Shown: positions 9,807-20,527 of the stretch, piece by piece
How positions within the stretch are numbered: position 1 is the stretch's first letter
Layout of the letters: each line of letters starts with the position of its first letter
Source of the DNA: Candidatus Syntrophopropionicum ammoniitolerans
GTDB taxonomy: Bacteria; Bacillota; Desulfotomaculia; Desulfotomaculales; Pelotomaculaceae
Assembly: GCA_013201395.1 (NCBI GenBank)
Contig: JABMJD010000005.1
Span: forward strand, 24,381-88,380
Direction of reading: 5' to 3'
Length of the DNA stretch: 64,000 bases
Notes under the pieces: generated by a model
Databases searched by the model: none
Told to the model about the DNA's origin: nothing
What the model saw: the letters and a program-made list of their open reading frames with translations, nothing else
Translations under genes and position numbers: made by a program

Positions 9807-10310
9807 TTAGAGTTCTTTAGCCGCATCTAATACGGCCGCAACAATGTTCACATAACCTGTGCAGCGACACAGGTTACCTGCTATAGCTTCACGTACATCG
9901 TGGTCTGTGGGATTGGGGTTCTCATTTAGCAGCGCTCTGGATGACACAATCATGCCAGATGTACAAAAACCACACTGGAATGCTGCGTGCTCAACGAATT
10001 TTTCCTGCACAATGTCCAGGTCTTCCCCGTCTTGAATACCTTCAGCAGTAGTAATCTCATGCCCATCACAATCCATAGCCAACACCAGGCAGGAGTTAAC
10101 CGGCTTGCCATCCATCATTACTGTGCAGCATCCACAGTCTCCGAGCTCGCAACCTCTTTTAGTACCGGTTAAATCGAGATCTTCCCGCAGGAAATTTACC
10201 AGCAGTGTATTTGCTTTAATTACTTTTGTATATTCGCTACCATTAACGCCTATGGTGACCGCATAGCGTTTGATTCCTTTTTTATCTACAACAAAGCTAG
10301 ACATTTTCAC
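9807..10310 (-). CDS. 2x[2Fe-2S] small subunit (CoxS/HcrC type)
   Basis: GTKRGCELGDCGCCTV...NSC and QCGFCTSG...NLCRCTGY. Confidence 0.95.
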   Translation of the reverse strand: MKMSSFVVDKKGIKRYAVTIGVNGSEYTKVIKANTLLVNFLREDLDLTGTKRGCELGDCGCCTVMMDGKPVNSCLVLAMDCDGHEITTAEGIQDGEDLDIVQEKFVEHAAFQCGFCTSGMIVSSRALLNENPNPTDHDVREAIAGNLCRCTGYVNIVAAVLDAAKEL

Positions 10311-10324
10311 CTCTCCTTTCCTTT

Positions 10325-11194
10325 CTATACGTGTCCCTCGTCAACAGCCTTGCGCAGTGCACGCTTCGTGAATATACGCACCAGGTCTGTGCGGTATTCG
10401 GCAGATGCCCTAATATCGGATATCGGCTTGCATTCACCAGAAGCAATTACACCGGCTTCTGCTAACACATCGTCAGTTACCTTTTTACCTTTTAGGAATT
10501 CTTCAGTTTTCTTCGCCCTTACAGGAGTAGCTGCAACAGCACCCAATGCTACTCTCGCATCTTTTATAACACCGTTTTCCACCTGAACAGCAACAGCCAC
10601 GCCTACCACAGCCAATGCGCCAGACTTACGCAGACCAAATTTAATGTAGTTACTACCCGTCATTTTCTGTTCAGGGATAAATATTTCTGTAAGCACCTCG
10701 TCATTTGCCAGAACAGTCTTGCCAGGACCAGCAAATACGTCTTCCATAGCCAGGGTCCGCTCACCCTTAGCGCCAACCAATTTAGCAGTTGCGTTAAGAG
10801 CAATTAAAACAGGCGGCAAGTCAGCTGACGGCACAGCACTTACTATATTGCCGGCAATTGTACCCCTGTTGCGCACCTGGTTATTGGCCATTTGTCTGGC
10901 CGCATTTGCTACGGAAGCAAATTTCTCCTTTAATACATCTGACTTAACCAGGTCGTTATGTGTACACAATGCGCCTACGCTAACGCCTTTGCCTGCAACG
11001 TATTCAACTTTTTTCAGCTGCTCCAGATTTTTAACTGAAACAACCACTTCCGGAGCAAGCAATTCATTTTTCATCTTGACTACCATGTCTGTCCCGCCGG
11101 CAAGCACCTTAGCCTTTTCCCCAAATTGTGCTAAAAGCTGGCATGCCTCCGCGACGCTTTCCGGTGCATAATACTCGAAATCTGGTAGATACAC
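10325..11194 (-). CDS. FAD-binding medium subunit (CoxM/CutM type, without a [4Fe-4S] insertion)
   Basis: LAGGTD, QVRNRGTIAGNI and SDIRASAEYR. Only scattered Cys residues, and no Cys-rich loop after the GN motif. Confidence 0.93.
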   Translation of the reverse strand: MYLPDFEYYAPESVAEACQLLAQFGEKAKVLAGGTDMVVKMKNELLAPEVVVSVKNLEQLKKVEYVAGKGVSVGALCTHNDLVKSDVLKEKFASVANAARQMANNQVRNRGTIAGNIVSAVPSADLPPVLIALNATAKLVGAKGERTLAMEDVFAGPGKTVLANDEVLTEIFIPEQKMTGSNYIKFGLRKSGALAVVGVAVAVQVENGVIKDARVALGAVAATPVRAKKTEEFLKGKKVTDDVLAEAGVIASGECKPISDIRASAEYRTDLVRIFTKRALRKAVDEGHV

Positions 11195-11440
11195 GTTTTC
11201 TCCTCCTCTTTTTTGGTAATAATCTTCTGCACACCAAACAAACCCCGTCTCTTCTGCTTAGCTTCTTGCATCACCATCCTCTTTAAATTTGAAGCTTTCC
11301 TGTTACCAGCTATTCAGATCCTAGACAATGACTAACTCATTAACTGCTCTCAAACTGCCTTCAATACCTTAAAACATCTTGAAAATTCAGAACCTAATGA
11401 CTGGGACATACTAACCCTATACGATTTCTTTACCGGTTTT

Positions 11441-11507
11441 ATCTTATCACCCAGCAAAGAACAAAGTGAAATATGTGTTCGCGATTGGATTTATTAGTTA
11501 TGCCTAT
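11441..11507 (-). promoter_or_regulatory. Island promoter/operator element, copy 2 (upstream of the Mo-enzyme operon)
   Basis: Minus strand: ATAGGCATAACTAATAAATCCAATCGCGAACACATAT-TTCACT-18 nt-TAAGAT, with TGn. Confidence 0.75.
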
Positions 11508-12172
11508 AAGTTTGCCGCTGCAGCTGTGTTAGATAATACAAATAAAAGCCTGGGTTAACAGGACTTACATGAACATTGGAACAAAAAAAAGAGAGTGTCT
11601 TACCCCCCCCCTTAATTAAAGATGAATTGGTATATTTAAATGAAATGATTATATACCCAAAACCTGGCGCCTATCCTGCCCGTTAACCAGGCCACCTCCC
11701 GGTCGAACATGTCTCCTAGCAGATAGGCAGGCAAAAGAGAATTCATTGCGGCAACACTATAAAATAGCCATGCCCCTAACCAGGATTCATACATTATATC
11801 AATAAGTGCAATAGGCAAGATGTATTTATGGCGTCCTGTGAATAGTGATAAAATTAACATTGACATGTACTATGCTCACTTTATCTGCAATGGAATGGCA
11901 CGCATGCATTGGCCTGGCTAAAACTGCAAGGCTTAAACACGTTTACTAATTATTGTCCTACATATATAATTACATATATAAAAACTATAAAACGACAAAA
12001 TTTTCTGCCTAAAATGTAAATTGATTAGCCACTGACTGCCCAAAAGGCTAATAGGGGTCCAGTTAATAAAGCCTTTTGAACGGTGTTAAACATTCTTTAG
12101 AATGCTAACCTTTAAATAATATAGATATGTTTTTTTATTTTGGGAATTGAGCAAATAGAGGAGGGGTATACA

Positions 12173-13135
12173 TTGGAAATGCATCAGCTGGAATATGTCC
12201 TAGCTGTGGCAAAATTCCATAACTTCACACGTGCAGCAGAGGAAATAAAGATATCTCAATCCTCGCTTTCCCAGCAGATCAGTAAGCTGGAAAACGAACT
12301 AGGCACCAATTTGTTTGTTAGAACCACCCGGTCAGTTCACCTGACACCAGCCGGAGCAGAGTTTATTAAACATGCCCAACGGATCATGTCGGAAGTAAAG
12401 GAGGCAAGACGCAGCATACAGGATTATGTGTCTATGGTTAAAGGTGAACTTGCTTTTGGCACCATTCCTGTTATTGGCAGTTACAATGTACCCAACCTGT
12501 TAAAATCATTTCAGGATAACTACCCGGGGATAAAAATGCGCATTGTTGAAGAACAATGTGAGGATCTTTTATCAATGCTCCAATCTGCCAAAATTGACGT
12601 GGCTATGACACAGATGAGCAAAAATGACAATAATTTAAAATTTTACCCCCTTTTGTCCGACAGAATGGTGCTTGTGACAAGTAGCCGGCATCCTTTGGCT
12701 AATAAAGAATCAATAAACATAAATGAACTAAGAAACGAAAAATTGATTATGACACCCCGCACATCAGGCCATCATCATGATTTTTGTAGAGCCTGTGAGA
12801 TAGCAGGCTTCACTCCAAACATTGTCATAAAATGCTCAATTGTTAAAACAATGCTCAGTTTTGTACGCGAGGAGATTGGCATTACAGTACTTTCCTCCAA
12901 GGTAGCAGCTGCAGAAAAAGACCCCAGCATGAGAATTATAGAAATCACTCCTACCATACCAAGAAGAATTTCATTGGCTACGCGCAATACCTCTGACCCA
13001 CCACCGACGCTGAAGATGTTTTTAAAGTTTACTAATCAATGGGTAAAAACACAAAAGTCCAGGGAAGCAGCCAGGAAACACGTTGCCAGGGCATCTCTCA
13101 CATCACGCGATATAAGACTAATATATAGTCGCTAG
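12173..13135 (+). CDS. LysR family transcriptional regulator
   Basis: MEMHQLEYVLAVAKFHNFTRAAEEIKISQSSLSQQISKLENELGTNLFVRTTRSVHLTPAG; TTG start after GAGGAGG. Confidence 0.96.
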   Translation: MEMHQLEYVLAVAKFHNFTRAAEEIKISQSSLSQQISKLENELGTNLFVRTTRSVHLTPAGAEFIKHAQRIMSEVKEARRSIQDYVSMVKGELAFGTIPVIGSYNVPNLLKSFQDNYPGIKMRIVEEQCEDLLSMLQSAKIDVAMTQMSKNDNNLKFYPLLSDRMVLVTSSRHPLANKESININELRNEKLIMTPRTSGHHHDFCRACEIAGFTPNIVIKCSIVKTMLSFVREEIGITVLSSKVAAAEKDPSMRIIEITPTIPRRISLATRNTSDPPPTLKMFLKFTNQWVKTQKSREAARKHVARASLTSRDIRLIYSR

Positions 13136-13163
13136 TGCACGAGGCTAATTAGAAAAACTAATC

Positions 13164-13208
13164 AAAAGAACAAGCAAGGCAAAAAGAACAAGCCTTGCTT
13201 GTTCTTTT
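13164..13208. terminator. Bidirectional terminator 1 between lysR and the transporter gene
   Basis: 17-bp perfect stem AAAAGAACAAGCAAGGC / GCCTTGCTTGTTCTTTT. Confidence 0.8.
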
Positions 13209-13244
13209 TGAAAAAGCAAAATCAATACCAACAAATCAAACAAA

Positions 13245-13283
13245 TGAAAACTGCTATTTCCACTAGGGTAATAGCAGTTTTCA
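13245..13283. terminator. Hairpin / terminator 2 between the convergent genes
   Basis: TGAAAACTGCTATT / AATAGCAGTTTTCA. Confidence 0.6.
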
Positions 13284-13321
13284 ACCTAATTATGAAACTA
13301 CAATTGGTTAACTAATTATCT

Positions 13322-14755
13322 TTATTGGAACATGCCAATTGAAGTCCAGTATGGGATTGATATAGCTAGCGTAATCAGCACGGCCACACCATAAACCATA
13401 CCATACGTAGCACTTTGTCCGCTTGTCCAGGACCTCTTCTCGGCAATGGACTCTGCCACTAAAGCAAACATGTTTGTATAGGTTAGGAAGAAGCAGTTTG
13501 CTGCCATTATGAAGAGGGGTACCCAAACCAAAGGATTAATGCCAAAGTTGTTTGCTATTTCAGGCAGTATCGGTATAAGGATAGTCATGGTGGGTATAAA
13601 TACTGCCACATCAAAGAACCTCAAAATGAAGAACAGTATTATGATGGAGTAGCACAACATCCAGGGGCTTGATGTCAACGGCGCGATTAGGGGTACTAAA
13701 ACACCTACCAACCATTTGTTTACACCAGTTACACCAAAAACGCCGCCAATACTCATGGCCACACCAATAAACATGATTAAATCCCAGCTGATACCTGTAC
13801 TGATTTCCGGCCCTTTGACAACGCCGAAAGCTGTCAGCAAAAACAGTCCAGCCAGCACTGTAGCCCCGTCCGGTATACCATGCATTTTGTTGGTAAAAAA
13901 CATAAGGAAGCAGACTGTAAGAACTATCGCACTAACAATTTGATCCTTATTCCATGCACCTAGTTTAGTATAAGCCTCTTGAAAATACTCTTTTTTCAAG
14001 GTTATCGGTTCACTTGGTTTTAGGGCAAAATAACCACCGACAATGAGGATCAGGGTCAACACCAGGGCAGGGATTAACATGACCTGCAGGTAAGAACTAA
14101 AAGTAAGCATTCCTTTCAAATCAGGAATAGCTTCCATCATACCCAAAATAATTGGGCCATGCAGTGATCCGGTAAGCCAACCTGTTCCTGGTATAACAGC
14201 CATGGCCCAGGCGGTTAGCAGTAACAAAGCACTACCTTTTGATTTAAGCTCCAGCTGGCAGGCCTCAATAACACTTACAGCAATGGGCACAATGATTACG
14301 CAACGCACTGTAATTGAAGGGGTGAGGGCTGAAAGGGCCAACCCAATGATGACAAAGGCCACAATTAGCATCGGGTAGGAAGGGTTGAACATTTTCATCA
14401 CTAAAAAACCAATTCTCTTACCCAGCCCGGTTTTGATCAGTACAAATCCGAAGAACAGCGCTGGAATTAGAGTCCACAGGGCACCACTGGTAAATCCTGA
14501 AAAAACATTGGGTGCAGGAACCTTAATCGCCAATGTAAACAGCAGGAAGAAAAACCCTGCAACGGATCTGGGAATATTCAGCGGCGCGAATATCCACATA
14601 CCGATAGTCACAATTAAGGCAAGTAACACCAAATGACCTTCCGGCGGCAAATCCGGCACCCAGGGCTTTGCTAGTCCAACATAAAGGGCCAGAATGAGCA
14701 TTACTAGAAAAAATGCATCTGTAACTTTAAATTTTAAACCATTTTCTGTCGTCAT
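13322..14755 (-). CDS. DASS/SLC13 family carboxylate-anion transporter
   Basis: Many TM segments; FSGFTSGALWTLI, KTGLGKRI, LTPSITVR and ISWDLIMFIG. Confidence 0.85.
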   Translation of the reverse strand: MTTENGLKFKVTDAFFLVMLILALYVGLAKPWVPDLPPEGHLVLLALIVTIGMWIFAPLNIPRSVAGFFFLLFTLAIKVPAPNVFSGFTSGALWTLIPALFFGFVLIKTGLGKRIGFLVMKMFNPSYPMLIVAFVIIGLALSALTPSITVRCVIIVPIAVSVIEACQLELKSKGSALLLLTAWAMAVIPGTGWLTGSLHGPIILGMMEAIPDLKGMLTFSSYLQVMLIPALVLTLILIVGGYFALKPSEPITLKKEYFQEAYTKLGAWNKDQIVSAIVLTVCFLMFFTNKMHGIPDGATVLAGLFLLTAFGVVKGPEISTGISWDLIMFIGVAMSIGGVFGVTGVNKWLVGVLVPLIAPLTSSPWMLCYSIIILFFILRFFDVAVFIPTMTILIPILPEIANNFGINPLVWVPLFIMAANCFFLTYTNMFALVAESIAEKRSWTSGQSATYGMVYGVAVLITLAISIPYWTSIGMFQ

Positions 14756-14953
14756 GAAATATTTTCCTCCTCTCAGGTTTTGGAAAATTTACCGACTTTT
14801 AAATCCTTTTTTTATAAATTCAAAATGAATCCTACTGCCTGTCTTTGTGCACTTTCTTACTGCCTGTGTGCAGCATGGGGCGCTTACGCGCCCCCACTTT
14901 TCACACACCTAGAGCCGGAGCCTAAGGTACAATGCTGGTAATGCTATATGGCC

Positions 14954-16522
14954 CTAGTCGCCGTTCTTCACCAACATCTCCCTGAGCTTACCCCACTTGG
15001 GTTGGAATATTTCTTTCGGCATTTCTTTCAAATCGGGAGAAATCACAGGCTCAAATTCTATTTGCGAAAGAACGTCTTTCTCCAGATCCACTCCTGGCGC
15101 AATTTCAGTCAGCACCACTTTGCCGTCCTTCAGCACGAATACGGCACGTTCGGTAACATAGATTACTTCCTGGCCTCTTTCGGCGGAGTATTTACCACTG
15201 AAGGTGACGTGTTCGCACTCTTTAACAAACTTTTTGATTTTGCCTTCCTTCAAAATCTTAAGTTTGCCGTCAGATACCTCATATTCTGCACCACTGGCAG
15301 TCATGGTACCACAGTACACAACCTTTTTAGCAGATGAGGATATATTAACATAGCCGCCCGGGCCTACTACTTTCGGTCCAAACTTGCTGACGTTGGTATT
15401 TCCCTCTTCATCAATTTGGGCTGCCCCCAGGAAGCATATATCCAGCCCACCGCCATCATAAAAGTCAAACATGCTCGGGTGATCAACAATGCAGTCAGCG
15501 TTAATCGCTGCCGGGAAGTCCATGCCTTGTGCCGGGATACCGCCAAAGGCGCCTAACTCGATGGTGAGTGACATCAAGTCAGCCACGTTTTCATCTGCGG
15601 CAGTATTGGAAACTGTATCCGGCATACCGATGCCCATGTTGACAATAGCGCCTGTTCTCAATTCCATAGCTGCCCTACGGCCAATAATCTTACGCTCGTC
15701 AAGAGGAATAGGTGTAACCTCAGAAAGAGGCTTTCTAATACGCCCATCAAATGCAGGCTCATTTAATGTAACCCTGGTCTGCAGGTGGTTTTCTGGTTTA
15801 GCAACCACAATGTAGTCCACCAGAGCGGCAGGAACCTTCACGTTTTTGGGGTTAAGTGTCCTGGCCTGGGCTATATATTTAACCTGTGCAAATACAATAC
15901 CACCGTTTCTCTTTGCTGCCATTGCTATATGGAGCGCTTCTAGGAACAGCGGCTCCTCATCCATAGTCATATTGCCTTCCTCGTCGCAGGTGGTACCGCG
16001 GATCATAGCCACATCAATGTCGAAGGGCTTATAATACAGGTATTCCTCTCCCTGGAAGTTAACTAATTCAACCATATCGTCTTTGGTGATATCGTTGATT
16101 TTACCACCCTGCCGGCGGGGGTCAACATAGGTACCCAATCCTACCTTTGTAAGCACACCTGGTTTGCCGCCGGCGATTTGCCGGTATAAATGCGTCAGAA
16201 CGCCCTGCGGGAACAAGTGGCACTCGCATTTATTGCTCAGAACCAGTGCCCCCAGCATAGGTGCCTCACCAATATGTCCGGCAATATGCTTTCTAACCAT
16301 TCCCTCGTGACCTACGTGACTCATTCCCCTGGTTTTCCAGTCACCACAACCGCAACTGTGGGTGTTAAAAAGATCCCTGGGATGCCCGGTTTCCAAAAAA
16401 CTTTTCTCAAGCGCTATAGCCAGCTCTTCTGGAAAGCCGCACAAACCAGCAGTGATCCATGCTACAGTTGAACCATCTTTCACCAATGGGCCAACTTGCT
16501 CCGGGGTAATAATTTTGGACAT
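14954..16522 (-). CDS. Acyl-CoA:acetate/3-ketoacid CoA-transferase, fused family I (YdiF/Pct-like)
   Basis: FPQGVLTHLYRQIAGGKPGVLTKVGLGTYVDPR, NMGIGMP, TIELGAFGG, FYDGGGLD and GPGGYVNI. Confidence 0.92.
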   Translation of the reverse strand: MSKIITPEQVGPLVKDGSTVAWITAGLCGFPEELAIALEKSFLETGHPRDLFNTHSCGCGDWKTRGMSHVGHEGMVRKHIAGHIGEAPMLGALVLSNKCECHLFPQGVLTHLYRQIAGGKPGVLTKVGLGTYVDPRRQGGKINDITKDDMVELVNFQGEEYLYYKPFDIDVAMIRGTTCDEEGNMTMDEEPLFLEALHIAMAAKRNGGIVFAQVKYIAQARTLNPKNVKVPAALVDYIVVAKPENHLQTRVTLNEPAFDGRIRKPLSEVTPIPLDERKIIGRRAAMELRTGAIVNMGIGMPDTVSNTAADENVADLMSLTIELGAFGGIPAQGMDFPAAINADCIVDHPSMFDFYDGGGLDICFLGAAQIDEEGNTNVSKFGPKVVGPGGYVNISSSAKKVVYCGTMTASGAEYEVSDGKLKILKEGKIKKFVKECEHVTFSGKYSAERGQEVIYVTERAVFVLKDGKVVLTEIAPGVDLEKDVLSQIEFEPVISPDLKEMPKEIFQPKWGKLREMLVKNGD

Positions 16523-16729
16523 CGTCTCTTCTCCCTTCAAGTTCTAATCTCGAATCCTAATCTCCCTAAACCAAAAAAACTGTAATGAATCCCAAACCAC
16601 TGCAAAAAACAGGATAACTCTAAGCTGTCTCCCTCTTACAGCTTAAAAAACTTCACCTCTTTCCCATATGTATTGAATATATATCAACTTCTGCAACATG
16701 CAGAATTCCACTTCCCTTATTCAGGTTTA

Positions 16730-16796
16730 ATATTACCACCCGTTAACAAGCAAAGAGAAATATGCGTTTACGATGACATTGATTAGCAATGCCTAT
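16730..16796 (-). promoter_or_regulatory. Island promoter/operator element, copy 3 (upstream of CoA-transferase/DASS)
   Basis: Minus strand: ATAGGCATTGCTAATCAATGTCATCGTAAACGCATAT-TTCTCT-18 nt-TAATAT, with TGn. Confidence 0.75.
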
Positions 16797-16849
16797 AAAT
16801 ATTGCGTTCTTAACTGCACCGGCAGCAGCTGCAGGCGGGAAAATAAATC

Positions 16850-18187
16850 CTAGAATGTACGTTTATTACTTTTGCGCCAAATACCCATTTCCCCGGCGCT
16901 TTTAATCAACTCCTCACGGAAATCCGGGTGAGCAATAGAAACCAGGGCTTCTGCTCTTTGCCAAAGGGTTTTACCCTTCAGGGAGGCAATTCCATATTCA
17001 GTTACTATACTGGGGGCCAGGCCACGCTGAATAGAAACCACTGAACCCGGCTCCAGTACAGGCCGGATTCGGGAAAAAACCCTACCGGCACTGCTATAGG
17101 TCGAAGCCATACATATGAAACCTCTTCCCCCTTTTGACCGAAAGGAGCCCTCGGCAAAACAAATAGAGCCTCCGGTACCACTGATTTGCCGAGTGCCGGA
17201 TGACTCAGAATTTATCTGACCATAAAGGTCCACATCTATACAACTGTTAATAGATATGAAATTATCCAATTGACCGATTATGTAGGGATCGTTGGTATAA
17301 TTTACGGGCATAAACACACACATTGGATTTCCGTTGATGAAGTCGTATGTCCTCTGGGTGCCGAGAGCGATGGTGGCAACTATTTTATGTCTGTCCATAC
17401 TCTTCCTTGCCCCTGTTACCCGGCCCTTTTCGACCATATCCACCATAGAGTCCACAAACATTTCAGTATGAATTCCCAGGTCCTTTAAATCAGACCCCGC
17501 GATCATTTCCCCCACCGCATTGGGCATGCCGCCAATACCTAGTTGCAGACAGCAACCGTCCGACAACTGTTCAATAATTAACGAGGCGATCCTCCTATCA
17601 GTATCATTTGGCTCGGATGGAGCTATTTCGGAAATCGGATAGTCAGCCTCGACAATATAATCGACCCGGGAAATATGGATCCCATTTTCTTGTCCCAGAC
17701 AACATGGCATGTTGGGGTTAACTTCCAATATGATTATTTTACCTGCCTCACACATGGCCATAGTGTGCGAAATCTGAGGTCCAAAATTAAAGCAACCATG
17801 TCTATCCATAGGAGCAACTGGGATCATTACCACATCAACATCAATATAACTACGGTAGTATTCGGGTAGTTCGCTATAGACCAGGGGGATATAAAAACAA
17901 CGTCCCTGATCACCCAGCTTGCGATCAGAGGCACTAAAATGCCAGTTATTATATATAAAATGCAGGCCCGCCGGATCAGCTTTCACTATCTCTGGGATAC
18001 CGGCCACGCGCGTAGTACAACGTATTTTTACATCCCTGAGCTCATCTTTTCTGGCAGCCAGGGCCTTGTCCAGAGCCACCACACACCCGGAAAAAGAACC
18101 ATATTCAACCCAATCTCCCGATTTTACTGCCTCAACCGCCTCAGAAGGTGCAACGAGTTTTTGTTTATACATTTCTGCATAATCCAT
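16850..18187 (-). CDS. Acetyl-CoA hydrolase/transferase family CoA-transferase (butyryl-CoA:acetate / 4-hydroxybutyrate CoA-transferase-like)
   Basis: [46 protein letters not shown] and ISGTGG. Confidence 0.9.
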   Translation of the reverse strand: MDYAEMYKQKLVAPSEAVEAVKSGDWVEYGSFSGCVVALDKALAARKDELRDVKIRCTTRVAGIPEIVKADPAGLHFIYNNWHFSASDRKLGDQGRCFYIPLVYSELPEYYRSYIDVDVVMIPVAPMDRHGCFNFGPQISHTMAMCEAGKIIILEVNPNMPCCLGQENGIHISRVDYIVEADYPISEIAPSEPNDTDRRIASLIIEQLSDGCCLQLGIGGMPNAVGEMIAGSDLKDLGIHTEMFVDSMVDMVEKGRVTGARKSMDRHKIVATIALGTQRTYDFINGNPMCVFMPVNYTNDPYIIGQLDNFISINSCIDVDLYGQINSESSGTRQISGTGGSICFAEGSFRSKGGRGFICMASTYSSAGRVFSRIRPVLEPGSVVSIQRGLAPSIVTEYGIASLKGKTLWQRAEALVSIAHPDFREELIKSAGEMGIWRKSNKRTF

Positions 18188-18261
18188 AACAATTCATTCA
18201 GCCCTATATTGAGATAATAGAGTAAAGGCCGATATCAACACAGATAACGGCCTTTCATTTT

Positions 18262-19677
18262 TCATACTCTAGCGGTAGCTTTCTCGGCTCCCTTTGTTGA
18301 TACTTCTCCTGTATCTACTATTGAGGGCCTGTTATCACGGAAACGCTTTGCCTTAAGCTCGTAAACCGGTAGCGTACCCGGGGTCAACAACTCAACCTCC
18401 ATGCTGATCATGAAAGACAGTTGCAGCTTCTGAGCTATCTTTTTGCGCAGTTCATCCCACAACCCGGGATCCACATCATGCTTCGGCTCCACTCGCACAG
18501 TTATCCTATCCATCCCGCCTTCTGTCTTAGTTGCAATATACTCGTAACTGTCAGAACATTCCGATATTCCCCGGATCACGTTTTCTATCCCCGCAACTGA
18601 CACACACACCCCACGTATCTTAATTATGTCCCCTACCCTGCCCATAAATCCTTTCATTACGCTCAGGGTTCGGCCACAAGCACATGTTGCGCCCGCTTCT
18701 ATGCCCTTGACCAGGTCACCTGTTTCAAACCTAATACAGGGATGGGTTTTGCTTATTAGATCAGTGACCACCAGCTTCCCAGATTCACCCGGGGAAACCG
18801 GCTCATCTGTCTCAGGGTCCAACACCTCACAATATGCCAAATCCTCATTTATATGCCCTACCCCTTCTTCACATAGCCAGGCCAGGTAATGTGTTTCCTG
18901 AGTACCGCAATAATCAAATATCTCTGCCCCCCAGGCTTCTTCCAAACGTACACCAGTGTTTGGTATGGACATCTTACCGGGCTCACCAGCGGTTAAAATT
19001 ACCCTTATCCCAAGAGTCCGAGCATCAATACCGTTCTCCTCAGCAACTTTTGCCAGGTGCAAAAGATAGGTCGGCGTACCCATTAGTACCGTTATACCCA
19101 GTTTTCTGATCATTGTCAGCCGCATCAGACTACTCCAAATACCGCCTGGGATAACCAGGGAACCTATCAAATGCTCACAACAGTCATAGGCAGCAGCCAA
19201 CCCGAGGAAAGGGGTGAAACCAAAGGCAGCATGCACAACATCTTCCTTCCTAATTCCCGCGGCCCACACAGCACGAGCTGCACCGGCGCAATAAACCCCG
19301 AAGTAATCCTCCTCTGTAAATGGTATGATCACCGGTTCTCCAGTGGTCCCCGAGGTCATACCGATGCGAATGAAAGGCCCCCTGCCTGGGACACTCATCA
19401 TTCCATAGGGAGGATCCTGCTCTTGACTTAATCTTATTTCTTCTTTATGAAGAATCGGTATACGCCCGATATCGTCAAGCGTTCTCAATAATGCCGGGCA
19501 AAAATTGCTTTCTTCCCATTTTTGGCGGTAAAACGGGCTCTTTTCCCAAAGGTAATTTATTTGCTCACGTAACCTAGCCAACTGAAGTTTCTTCATCTCT
19601 TTATGCGGCATCGTTTCTGCAGGGGACCAATACTTGTAACCAACAGCAGCGTGTTGCTGAATACCGTTCATAAACAT
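18262..19677 (-). CDS. Phenylacetate-CoA ligase (PaaK)-like aryl-CoA ligase
   Basis: TSGTTGEP P-loop, GTPTY, YCGTQE, IRFETGDL and GRVGDIIKIRGVCV. Confidence 0.85.
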   Translation of the reverse strand: MFMNGIQQHAAVGYKYWSPAETMPHKEMKKLQLARLREQINYLWEKSPFYRQKWEESNFCPALLRTLDDIGRIPILHKEEIRLSQEQDPPYGMMSVPGRGPFIRIGMTSGTTGEPVIIPFTEEDYFGVYCAGAARAVWAAGIRKEDVVHAAFGFTPFLGLAAAYDCCEHLIGSLVIPGGIWSSLMRLTMIRKLGITVLMGTPTYLLHLAKVAEENGIDARTLGIRVILTAGEPGKMSIPNTGVRLEEAWGAEIFDYCGTQETHYLAWLCEEGVGHINEDLAYCEVLDPETDEPVSPGESGKLVVTDLISKTHPCIRFETGDLVKGIEAGATCACGRTLSVMKGFMGRVGDIIKIRGVCVSVAGIENVIRGISECSDSYEYIATKTEGGMDRITVRVEPKHDVDPGLWDELRKKIAQKLQLSFMISMEVELLTPGTLPVYELKAKRFRDNRPSIVDTGEVSTKGAEKATARV

Positions 19678-19929
19678 AATAAAATAACATCTCTCTTTCT
19701 CTTACCAGACTATTTTGCCAGGAGTTATACCAAGCACAATTGGTGTTTTTGGAGCACCATCCTCTGGCTTGCTTAGTAGTAGAATAGAGCATTTCAACAA
19801 TACATGGTGTTTGTCACTATACCCGTGTCAACTCATATGTAATTGGCTGTACCCAGTTGTCCTGATCCACCACCACCATAATTGTCTGCAAGATATAGAA
19901 ATTCCGATTCGTAAATTTATCCTATTTTC

Positions 19930-19995
19930 ATTATCATTCACAACGCGGGCAAAGTGAAATATGCGTTCTCAATCGGATTAATAGGTTTTACTAAT
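19930..19995 (-). promoter_or_regulatory. Island promoter/operator element, copy 4 (upstream of the PaaK-like ligase)
   Basis: Minus strand: ATTAGTAAAACCTATTAATCCGATTGAGAACGCATAT-TTCACT-17 nt-GATAAT. Confidence 0.7.
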
Positions 19996-20178
19996 AAATA
20001 CGGTTACCTTGTGTCTAAAACACAAGACCAAGCCACCAGGGCTTAAAATATAAAAAAAGTTGGATCCTAAATGTCCCAACTTTTTACCTGTTCCACAATA
20101 TACCATTGCCCTGGTATTTGAATAATTTTTATGAACACGTCCACATCTTTTTAGGGAAAATAAATTGCCCATTCCTAT

Positions 20179-20373
20179 TTAACACGATGAATAATAGAGA
20201 CGAATTAAATTAAAGTCCTTTCTCTCCTTGTTTTTATTTTCAAGCGTTTTTATGGCGTATTTTAGATTATCTAAAAATTTTGTTACATTGATCCAACCAC
20301 CAAATTTTTCATCATAAACATACACAACCCTTGGGCTATCGTTTATTTCTCCGGATTTAAATGTATTAAGCAC
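20179..20373 (-). CDS. Small hypothetical protein (64 aa)
   Basis: GTG start after a G-rich RBS; AT-rich; no recognised motif. Confidence 0.4.
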   Translation of the reverse strand: MLNTFKSGEINDSPRVVYVYDEKFGGWINVTKFLDNLKYAIKTLENKNKERKDFNLIRLYYSSC

Positions 20374-20527
20374 TATTCTTCGCCCCCCGACTTTTGATAC
20401 TCCCTTTTATCCGGGGCAACCCAATAGTAAGCTGTCGTTACAATAAAGCCTCTGTAGCTCCCGGTAATACCTTCCAAAACTATTATGCTAACCTGCAAAC
20501 CACCAGTCCTAATAGGTTACACCACTT

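Noticed and set aside
2685-11194. Selenocysteine (in-frame TGA) in the Mo-enzyme or maturation genes
   Set aside because: All ORFs appear full length with no TGA-interrupted motif. YqeB-type selenium is a labile cofactor, not Sec.
11896-11910. Possible sigma54 promoter TGGCACG
   Set aside because: There is no TTGC at the -12 position.
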